From positions 1 to 26,540 of the forward strand of contig JAPUHG010000175.1 in assembly GCA_027297845.1 (NCBI GenBank): 26,540 nucleotides of DNA, given 5' to 3'. Both the position numbers and the translations under genes were made by a program. Under the pieces are notes generated by a model. That model had not been told where the DNA came from. It searched no databases and saw nothing but the letters and a program-made list of their open reading frames with translations. Shown in pieces: positions 18,882-25,933 of this stretch (its first letter is position 1; each line of letters begins with the position of its first letter). This DNA is from Gammaproteobacteria bacterium (lineage in GTDB: Bacteria; Pseudomonadota; Gammaproteobacteria; Steroidobacterales; MnTg04).

Positions 18882-19840
18882 ACCTGATCGCATTAATCAT
18901 CGGCCTGTTGATAGAAAGACTGGTCACCCATCTATTGCATCTTCGTGAGCCACGCTGGATGGATGCGTATTTCGACTGGGGTCTGGCCCGTACAAGCGGC
19001 ATGCGTGTCTGGCTGGAGTTTTTGTCGGTTGTCGGTTTGATTCTGATACCGGTGTTGCCGGTTTTGCTTGTCGCCATCGCCTTTCGCGATGCTCTTTATG
19101 GCGCGCCCTACCTTTTGTTCGCCATCCTGTTGTTGATTCTTTCGCTGGGGCCGCGCGACCTGCAAGAGGAGGTCAAGAGTTTTTGCGATGCGCGGCGTAA
19201 AGGCGATGAAGGGGAAACCAGCCGCAGCGCCAAGGAGTTGACGGAAAGCGATTTCCCGCGTGATCCGGGAGAGAGAGAGTTTGTAGTCGAAGAGGCGATC
19301 CTGTTTCAGGCGGTAAACCGGGTTTTTGCAGTGGTTTTCTGGTTCATGATTCTCGGGCCGATTGGCGTTTGGGGGTTTGGGGTCAGCGACCTTTTTATAC
19401 TCGGGCCGGTTGGCGCCTGGATGTTTAGAGTAGCCGACCTTTTTCGCCGGCGCAGATCGTTCGAGGTCGCGCGTCTGCGGGAGAATCCAGACCAGCCAGT
19501 TTACACAGGCGCTGCCATTTGCTGGATACACGGGTTGCTGATATGGATCCCGGCCCGACTGCTGGCAATAGGCTATGCAATCGCCGGGAGTTTTGATGGC
19601 GCGGTCTCCGCATGGCGCGACTTTGCAAAGGCCAATCGCGGCAAAATGCGTTATTACGTCAAAACCAAAGAATTGCTTGCCGTGGTTGGCCAGGGGGCGT
19701 TGGAGGAAGTACGCGGCGACCTCGATGACGAGGATCCGCAGGTATGCAGTGCGCGTGCTGCGATTCGCCTGGTGCAACGAGCACTGTTTGTCTGGGTTTT
19801 CGCGATCGCTGTTTTTACCCTGTTGGGCTGGGCGGTCTGA
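18878..19840 (+). CDS. ampE: AmpE-family inner membrane protein (CobD/CbiB-related fold)
   Basis: Overlaps ampD by 4 nt. Polytopic hydrophobic pattern with LSLGPRDL, FAVVFWFMILGP and WIPARLLAIGYAIAGSFDGA. Confidence 0.82.
   Translation: MNLIALIIGLLIERLVTHLLHLREPRWMDAYFDWGLARTSGMRVWLEFLSVVGLILIPVLPVLLVAIAFRDALYGAPYLLFAILLLILSLGPRDLQEEVKSFCDARRKGDEGETSRSAKELTESDFPRDPGEREFVVEEAILFQAVNRVFAVVFWFMILGPIGVWGFGVSDLFILGPVGAWMFRVADLFRRRRSFEVARLRENPDQPVYTGAAICWIHGLLIWIPARLLAIGYAIAGSFDGAVSAWRDFAKANRGKMRYYVKTKELLAVVGQGALEEVRGDLDDEDPQVCSARAAIRLVQRALFVWVFAIAVFTLLGWAV
19349..19444 (+). repeat. Diverged 48-bp in-frame tandem duplication inside ampE
   Basis: 19349-19396 and 19397-19444 match at 37/48 nt. They encode ILGPIGVWGFGVSDLF and ILGPVGAWMFRVADLF (11/16 aa identical). 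Confidence 0.85.
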
Positions 19841-19847
19841 ACTCTGC

Positions 19848-20723
19848 ATGAAGACCTGGTTGTCCGTTCTGGCCGGAACGGCGTTCATGCTGATCGCCTG
19901 CCCGGAAACGGCTGCCCGGAATGGCTCGCCCCCACAGGAAAAAAAGCCGCAACGTATCGTCGCCTTGTCTCCGCACATTACTGAACTGGTGTTCGCGGCC
20001 GGTGCGGGTGACCTGCTGGTCGGAACCGTTGAATACAGCGATTATCCGGCGCAGGCGCTGGCCGTCGCGAGAATCGGCGACGCTTTCAGGATTGATCTGG
20101 AAAAACTCGCGGCTCTGCATCCTGATCTGATTCTCGCCTGGCCGGGCGGCAATCCGCAGACCATGATTGACGCGCTTCGTGGCGATGGATATGAGGTAGT
20201 CGAGCTTTCGGCCAGCGGATTGGGATCGGTTGCGGATCAGCTACGCCGGATTGGGCAAATAACGGGTCACGCAAAGCGGGCGGATGAGGAGGCGGATCGA
20301 TATCTTGCGAAAGTCGATCGACTCAGGGACGGAAACTCACAAAAACCACTGCTCCGCGTCTTTTACCAGATTTCGGCGAGGCCATTGTTTACGATCGGTC
20401 GCAAACAAATTATCAGCGAGGTCGTGGCCCTTTGCGGAGGGATAAATATTTTTGCCGATCTGGATAATCTGGCGCCGGTGGTCAGCATGGAATCCGTATT
20501 GCTGCGTAACCCGCAGGTGATCCTGTCCGGCGAGACAGGTTCCGGAAATCCCCTGGATATATGGTTGGCCTTTCCTGCGGTCGCCGCCGTCAGACAGGAA
20601 AACCTGTTCCTGCTGGACGCGTCATTGCTGGCGCGGCCCGGTCTTCGGCTGGCGGACGGTGCAGCCCAGGTATGCCGCTTGCTCGACCAGGCGCGCCAAA
20701 AAATTGCGCACTCCCGCGGCTGA
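19848..20723 (+). CDS. btuF: Periplasmic cobalamin-binding protein (BtuF-like)
   Basis: Signal peptide from MKTWLSV, then RIVALSPHITELVFAAGAG, VGTVEYSDYP, DLEKLAALHPDLILAW, LCGG.NIFADL and RPGLRL. ATG at 19848, 7 nt after ampE. Confidence 0.85.
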   Translation: MKTWLSVLAGTAFMLIACPETAARNGSPPQEKKPQRIVALSPHITELVFAAGAGDLLVGTVEYSDYPAQALAVARIGDAFRIDLEKLAALHPDLILAWPGGNPQTMIDALRGDGYEVVELSASGLGSVADQLRRIGQITGHAKRADEEADRYLAKVDRLRDGNSQKPLLRVFYQISARPLFTIGRKQIISEVVALCGGINIFADLDNLAPVVSMESVLLRNPQVILSGETGSGNPLDIWLAFPAVAAVRQENLFLLDASLLARPGLRLADGAAQVCRLLDQARQKIAHSRG

Positions 20724-20731
20724 GTTTTGGC

Positions 20732-21286
20732 TTAGCCCCGATCGCGATCCCAAAGCACTTCGCTTCCTTGCTCGTGGCGTGCCAGCACCCGTGCGATCAC
20801 GAAAAGCAGATCGGATAAACGGTTCAGGTAGCGAATCGCCTCGGGTCGGACATTTTTCTCCATCGCGGACAGGCTGACCACGCGACGCTCAGCGCGTCGG
20901 CAAATGGTTCGTGCCAGGTGGCAGGCGGACGCCGCGGTCCCGCCACCGGGCAGGATAAATTCCTTCAGGGCCGGTAATTCGTCATTGAACTCATCGAGCC
21001 GGGCTTCCAGGCGCCCGACAAATTCATCCGTCACCGCCACATGACCGGGGATACAAAGCTCACCGCCAAGATCGAACAGGTCATGCTGCACCTCGGTAAG
21101 ACAATCGACGACCTGATCCGGCAAACCGGGAACTGCCAGCACCATGCCGATAGCGCTGTTGGTTTCGTCTACGCAGCCAAACGCTTCCACTCGCTGGTGA
21201 TCTTTGCTGACGCGCTGGCCGTCACCCAGCCCGGTCTCACCCTTGTCGCCGGTTCGCGTGTATATCTTGCTAAGACGATGTCCCAT
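20732..21286 (-). CDS. pduO: PduO-type cob(I)alamin adenosyltransferase
   Basis: KIYTRTGDKGET, EAFGCVDETNSAIG, QHDLFDLGGEL, FILPGG, ARTICRRAER and YLNRLSDLLF. Confidence 0.93.
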   Translation of the reverse strand: MGHRLSKIYTRTGDKGETGLGDGQRVSKDHQRVEAFGCVDETNSAIGMVLAVPGLPDQVVDCLTEVQHDLFDLGGELCIPGHVAVTDEFVGRLEARLDEFNDELPALKEFILPGGGTAASACHLARTICRRAERRVVSLSAMEKNVRPEAIRYLNRLSDLLFVIARVLARHEQGSEVLWDRDRG

Positions 21287-21311
21287 CGGGTCTTCCCTTT
21301 TTACAACGGCC

Positions 21312-23123
21312 TCAGGTCGCCGGCAACACGTAGTTTACCGACATATAGGCGGCTCGTTGTGAGCTGTTAAAGTCGGCGGCCGTCTGGTAGGTCTTGTTGA
21401 GCAAATTCTCGACTTTCAATCCCAGTTGCCAATGCTTGCCGATTCTATAGCGGCTGTGAAAATTGAGCAGCGTGTACCCGCCGATATCTACCGGTGCAGG
21501 AAAGCCAAAATCCTTTCTCTTATCCGTGACCAGCAGGTCCAGACCGAAATCCAGGGATGCCAGGTATCTGGTTATCCCCATGGTCAGCCTGCGCTTGGCA
21601 CGCCGCAATAATTGCCGGTCTTCGGTGACGTTTTCCGGGTCCTGGAAGGTCAGGCTGGTGCGTAAGTTCCAGTCGTCGTTTTGCAATCGCCAGGTCATTT
21701 CGACCCCGCGGATGCGGGCTTTTGCAATATTTTGATTTTCACCGGCAAAGGTCGCGGGATCGGTGACCATGAACTGGATCAGATTGTCGATCTGGTTATC
21801 GAATGCCTGCAGCGAAAAACTGGTATTGGCACCGATCTCCCAGCGCAGACCCAGTTCGGTATTTGTGGATTCCTCGGCCAGAAGATTCGGATTGCCGCCG
21901 AAACCATAGAGATCGGTCGCATCCGGCGCTCTGAATCCAGTGCCAAGTGACGCGGTTAGCATCAGCTTGTCCGTGGCCAGGAATCCGTATTCGATATTCC
22001 ACGTATCGATCCCGCCAAAACTTTCGAAATCGCCATGGCGCAGGGCCAGCAACAACTGATGCTTGTCCCAGGCAAGCTGGTCCTGCAGGTAAACAGCCGT
22101 ATCGTTGCGATCGCGATCGAAAGCGGAGCCGAAAGACAGGCTCTTGTCATTCTCCCAGGACAAATAAACTCCGGCCGACAGCGATTGGTGATCGCTGAGA
22201 GCAACGCTGTTATACCAGTCCAGCGTCGTGCGCTTCGTGCGTACAAAGTCCATGCTGTCGTTTTGTCTTATTCTGTCCGTAATCAGTGCCAGATCGATGC
22301 GACTGTTCCAGTTATCAGCAGGTGCAAAACCGAGCTTTAGCGAAGCGCTCCGGTTGCGGTAATCCTGGCTTACCGGCGTCGCAAAAAAATCCAGGTACTC
22401 ACTGGTTCCGCTGGCCTGCCAGAAGGAGAGTGCCAGGTCCGTTCTACCCACGCGGGTGCCTGCGAATAACGTCGAGGTTTTGTTTTTATAACCGCGATCA
22501 ATATTGCTGTTGGCTCGCGTCGGGAAACCATCGGTATCAAACTGACTCAGCGAGGCTTGCAAGGCGCTATTACCACCCTGCCAGCCCAGGCTGGCGCCAC
22601 GATCCCAGGTGCCATAGCGACCGGCGCCGCCGGAGAATTCCACGGCTCCTCTCGATTTTCGGGTAATGACATTGATCACCCCGCCGATCGCGTCCGAACC
22701 ATACAGACTGGAGCGTGGCCCTTTGACGACCTCTATACGTTGAATCATTTCGGGGCGAATGTTTTGAATCGCCGCGCCGCCAATCGTGCCAGGATTGATT
22801 TTGACGCCATCGATCATGACGATGACATGGTTGCTGTCGGTGCCGCGCACGAAAATGGACGTCGTTTGACCGGTGCCGCCGTTTCGGGAAATTTCCAGCC
22901 CGGCGTGGAAACGCAAGAGATCGGCGAGGTCTCGCGCGAGGCTGAGCTCTATTTCCTCGCGGTCGATAACGAGAACCGACGCCAGTGTGCGTTCAAGAGA
23001 TTGTTCTTCTCTGGTGGCCGTTACCACCAATTGCTGGAGACACACCTGGTCGTCATCGCAACGGGCATGAACAGACAGGGGGGACAATGCCGCCATAGCG
23101 GCGCAAAAATACAGGATTTTCAT
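21312..23123 (-). CDS. btuB: TonB-dependent outer-membrane cobalamin receptor BtuB-like
   Basis: Signal peptide, TonB box LVVTATR, plug motifs (FVRGTDSNHVIVMIDGVK; IQRIEVVKGPRSSLYGSDAIGGVINVITR) and a beta-barrel. Lies directly downstream of a B12 riboswitch. Confidence 0.9.
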   Translation of the reverse strand: MKILYFCAAMAALSPLSVHARCDDDQVCLQQLVVTATREEQSLERTLASVLVIDREEIELSLARDLADLLRFHAGLEISRNGGTGQTTSIFVRGTDSNHVIVMIDGVKINPGTIGGAAIQNIRPEMIQRIEVVKGPRSSLYGSDAIGGVINVITRKSRGAVEFSGGAGRYGTWDRGASLGWQGGNSALQASLSQFDTDGFPTRANSNIDRGYKNKTSTLFAGTRVGRTDLALSFWQASGTSEYLDFFATPVSQDYRNRSASLKLGFAPADNWNSRIDLALITDRIRQNDSMDFVRTKRTTLDWYNSVALSDHQSLSAGVYLSWENDKSLSFGSAFDRDRNDTAVYLQDQLAWDKHQLLLALRHGDFESFGGIDTWNIEYGFLATDKLMLTASLGTGFRAPDATDLYGFGGNPNLLAEESTNTELGLRWEIGANTSFSLQAFDNQIDNLIQFMVTDPATFAGENQNIAKARIRGVEMTWRLQNDDWNLRTSLTFQDPENVTEDRQLLRRAKRRLTMGITRYLASLDFGLDLLVTDKRKDFGFPAPVDIGGYTLLNFHSRYRIGKHWQLGLKVENLLNKTYQTAADFNSSQRAAYMSVNYVLPAT

Positions 23124-23208
23124 TTAGGCTCCTTACCACGCACCCGCGGGTGATCGAGACCAGAAAAATACCGGTTTGTGGAGGAGGCAGTGGGGTTGAT
23201 GACCCATT

Positions 23209-23440
23209 GACGCAAAGCCCTCCGCCGCGTCGGTATATGGACCATCGGGTCGGTCTCCGGACTGACGAGTGGCTTGCGCCGGCTTCATCTCCTTCCCGCG
23301 ACTAGCGCAGTGGATTCACGGACTCACCGTGGTAATGAAGCTTGACTCGATCACCGTTGCGGGGGCAGTGCCGGAATAGCTGAATCTTTAACTCAGCGCA
23401 CCGGCTTCCCGGGCAGCAATGCTGCCTGCACCTGATGGAG
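23209..23440 (-). ncRNA. Cobalamin (B12) riboswitch upstream of btuB
   Basis: The minus strand reads ccatcAGGTG...GGGAAGCCGGTG...TTCCGGCACTGCCCCCGCAACGGT...CCACTG...GGGAAGG...AGTCCGGAGACCGACCcgatgg, i.e. all conserved boxes in order. P1 closes as CCATC/GATGG and a P13-like hairpin GACGC/GCGTC follows at 23209-23231. Confidence 0.95.
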
Positions 23441-23445
23441 CAGGA

Positions 23446-23474
23446 ACTTTATGTTTGGCGTTGGCGGCTGTCAA
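23446..23474 (-). promoter_or_regulatory. Sigma70 promoter for the riboswitch-btuB-pduO transcript
   Basis: Perfect TTGACA (23474-23469), a 17-nt spacer, then TAAAGT (23451-23446). The predicted start falls at about 23440, the 5' edge of riboswitch P1. Confidence 0.75.
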
Positions 23475-23492
23475 GTCGGGCTCGCTCAGTCC

Positions 23493-23521
23493 CTGCCAAT
23501 CACGGGTTCGGCTGATATAGT
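23493..23521 (+). promoter_or_regulatory. Candidate extended -10 sigma70 promoter for hisN-phzF
   Basis: CTGCCA (23493-23498), a 17-nt spacer, then TATAGT (23516-23521) preceded by TG-n. Confidence 0.5.
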
Positions 23522-23550
23522 GTGGTTTGTTGTTGTTGTGGGTGCGCTCG

Positions 23551-24306
23551 ATGTTCAGCGAATATCTTGAGACGGCGCGTTTCGCGGCCGCTGCCGCTGC
23601 GAAAGTGATCGACCAGTACTACGGTCGCGAACTCGAAGTAGAAACCAAGTCTGATCGGTCACCGGTAACCGAAGCGGACACGGCGGCGGAAAAAATCATT
23701 CGCGGCATCATCAGCGAACGCTACCCGGATCACGGCTTCTACGGCGAAGAGACCGGACGCAGCGGCGGCGGCGATTTTCTCTGGCTGGTGGATCCGATCG
23801 ATGGCACCAAGAGTTTTATTCGCCACTACCCGTTTTTCTCGACCCAGATCGCATTGAGTTTCAAAAATGAGCTGGTGGTTGGCGTTTCCAACGCGCCATG
23901 GTTTGGCGAGCAGGCCTGGGCGGCTAGGGGACTCGGCGCCTATCTGAATGACGCTCGAATCTCGGTTAGCGATTGTGCTGAGTTGTCACAAGCGACTCTT
24001 TCATCGGGCAATATCGCCAGCCTGGCAGCCAGCGATCGTTGGCCGGGCTTTGGTAAATTGTTGACCCAGGTGCATCGCACGCGCGGTTATGGCGATTTTT
24101 ATCACTATCACCTGCTCGCATCCGGGCGCATCGATGTGGTGGTCGAGTCGGATGTCAATATTCTCGATATTGCCGCACTTTGTGTGATTGTCGAAGAGGC
24201 CGGGGGCCGCATTAGCGACCTCGATCTCGCAGCCATTGGCATGGAAACCTCAACCGTACTGGCAACTAACGGCCGCTTGCACGAACGGGTAAAGGAGTAC
24301 CTATGA
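23551..24306 (+). CDS. hisN: Inositol monophosphatase family protein, probable histidinol-phosphate phosphatase (HisN type)
   Basis: KSDRSPVTEAD, GFYGEE, WLVDPIDGTKSF, RTRGYGDFYHY and DIAALCVIVEEAGG. Substrate inferred only. Start set at ATG 23551. Confidence 0.72.
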   Translation: MFSEYLETARFAAAAAAKVIDQYYGRELEVETKSDRSPVTEADTAAEKIIRGIISERYPDHGFYGEETGRSGGGDFLWLVDPIDGTKSFIRHYPFFSTQIALSFKNELVVGVSNAPWFGEQAWAARGLGAYLNDARISVSDCAELSQATLSSGNIASLAASDRWPGFGKLLTQVHRTRGYGDFYHYHLLASGRIDVVVESDVNILDIAALCVIVEEAGGRISDLDLAAIGMETSTVLATNGRLHERVKEYL

Positions 24307-25091
24307 AATTGCCGATTTATCAGGTGGATGCTTTTAGCGATCAGTTACTCAGGGGGAATCCGGCGGCGGTCTGTCCGTTGGCGGAATGGCTCCCCGATCA
24401 GCTGATGCTCGATATCGCCCGGGAAAACAACTTGTCCGAAACGGCTTTTTTTACCGGCGGCGATGGCGAGTACGAGATTCGCTGGTTCACACCCGCCTAC
24501 GAGGTGCCTCTGTGCGGCCACGCGACCTTGGCGTCGGCAGTCGTCATTCGGGAATTCCTGGAGCCAGGCCGGGATCAGATCAGTTTTGAGTCGGCCAGCG
24601 GACCCCTTGGCGTATCCCACGAGCAAGGCTGGTATGAACTGGATTTCCCGGCAGACCCGGGTGAGGAAGTGGCAGCGACGCCGGAACTGATCAAGAGTCT
24701 CGGGTGCGAGCCCCGCGAGGTGAGGAATGCAAATTATTATTTCGCCGTCTTTGAATCGGAACAGGAAATAAGGGATCTTGAACCTGATTTCGCGAGCATG
24801 GCCTTGCTCGACAAGATCGGCGTAATCGTCACGGCTCCGGGCAGCGATGTTGATTTTGTCTCACGGTTTTTTGCGCCACAGGCCGGTATCAACGAGGATC
24901 CGGTCACCGGCTCTGCGCATTGCACCCTGACCCCCTACTGGTCGGCCCGACTTGGCAAGGACAAGCTTGAAGCCAGGCAGATATCCGAGCGGGAAGGATA
25001 TCTAAGGTGCACGATGCGGGGCGATCGGGTAGGTATCGCGGGGCAGGGAGTGGTTTACCTGCAAGGCGAAATCCATCTGCCGGGCGACTGA
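24303..25091 (+). CDS. PhzF family isomerase/epimerase
   Basis: YQVDAF..GNPAAV, NNLSETAF, IRWFTP..EVPLCGHATLAS, SRFFAP..GINEDPVTGSAHC. Overlaps the hisN stop by 4 nt. Confidence 0.92.
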   Translation: MKLPIYQVDAFSDQLLRGNPAAVCPLAEWLPDQLMLDIARENNLSETAFFTGGDGEYEIRWFTPAYEVPLCGHATLASAVVIREFLEPGRDQISFESASGPLGVSHEQGWYELDFPADPGEEVAATPELIKSLGCEPREVRNANYYFAVFESEQEIRDLEPDFASMALLDKIGVIVTAPGSDVDFVSRFFAPQAGINEDPVTGSAHCTLTPYWSARLGKDKLEARQISEREGYLRCTMRGDRVGIAGQGVVYLQGEIHLPGD

Positions 25092-25096
25092 AAATA

Positions 25097-25864
25097 CTAT
25101 GTCGCGACCAGGTACTCGTCGCCGGCGTGGGTTATCGATGTGAACCTGGTGTGAAAAATCTCCTGCAAATTGCTCGCGACCAATACCTCTCTGCTCGGTC
25201 CCGACTGCCAGGCGCCGTCCCCGCTGAGCAGTAGCGCCTGATCGAAAAACCGTTTGGCCAGGTTAATGTCATGCAGGCTGGCCAGAACCGTTTTTCCCTG
25301 GTCCGCCAACTGCCGGAGTTGCCGCAGGATCTGTAACTGATGGCGTGGATCGAGATGATTGATCGGTTCATCCAGCAGCAGGATATCCGGATCCTGGATC
25401 CACAGAGTGGCAATCGCCAGGCGTCTTCTTTCGCCACCGGAAAGCGTATCGACCTGTCTTTTTTCCAGCCCGCCCAGACCCAGCGCGCTCAGTGCATTTT
25501 CGGCCAGCAACGCATCCTGCCTGGATTCCCAGCTAAACATACCGAGATGCGGGTGCCGCCCGATCAACGCGGTTTCCAGGACCGTCGTCGGGAAAGCGTC
25601 TTCATTATCCTGCATCAGCAAGCCGAGTTTCTTCGCCAGGTCTCGCCGTTTCCATTGCCCAAGTGGCTGGTCGGCCACCAGCACTTGTCCCGAGGTATAT
25701 GGCAGCAGTCCTGCCAAGGTGTGCAGTGTCGAGGTTTTGCCGCTGCCATTCTCGCCCAGCAGACACGTCATTTGTCCTAAATACAACGGCAGATCCAGTC
25801 GTTCAACGAGACAGCGGCCGGCCACGACCACATCCAGGTTTTTGCATTCCAGTAATTTATTCAT
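25097..25864 (-). CDS. ABC transporter ATP-binding protein, cobalamin/Fe-siderophore (BtuD/FecE) type
   Basis: Walker A GENGSGKT, LIGRHPH, signature LSGGERRR, Walker B LLLDEPINHLD and SLHDINLA. Confidence 0.9.
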   Translation of the reverse strand: MNKLLECKNLDVVVAGRCLVERLDLPLYLGQMTCLLGENGSGKTSTLHTLAGLLPYTSGQVLVADQPLGQWKRRDLAKKLGLLMQDNEDAFPTTVLETALIGRHPHLGMFSWESRQDALLAENALSALGLGGLEKRQVDTLSGGERRRLAIATLWIQDPDILLLDEPINHLDPRHQLQILRQLRQLADQGKTVLASLHDINLAKRFFDQALLLSGDGAWQSGPSREVLVASNLQEIFHTRFTSITHAGDEYLVAT

Positions 25865-25933
25865 GCTTGCCGTTTACTCCGCTGTGTTGTCATTATTGAC
25901 GATAATTCGGTTCTGGTCACACAGGAGCAGGCA

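Noticed and set aside
19575-19847. Track's 5' extension of btuF (382 aa)
   Set aside because: Overlaps ampE by more than 260 nt; the signal peptide begins at ATG 19848.
18932-19978. 348-aa minus-strand ORF
   Set aside because: Antisense shadow of ampE/btuF.
23526-23540. (TTG)n simple repeat upstream of hisN (CAA-rich on the minus strand)
   Set aside because: Only about 4 units. On the minus strand it lies upstream of the predicted btuB start, so it is not in that transcript. No evidence for phase variation.
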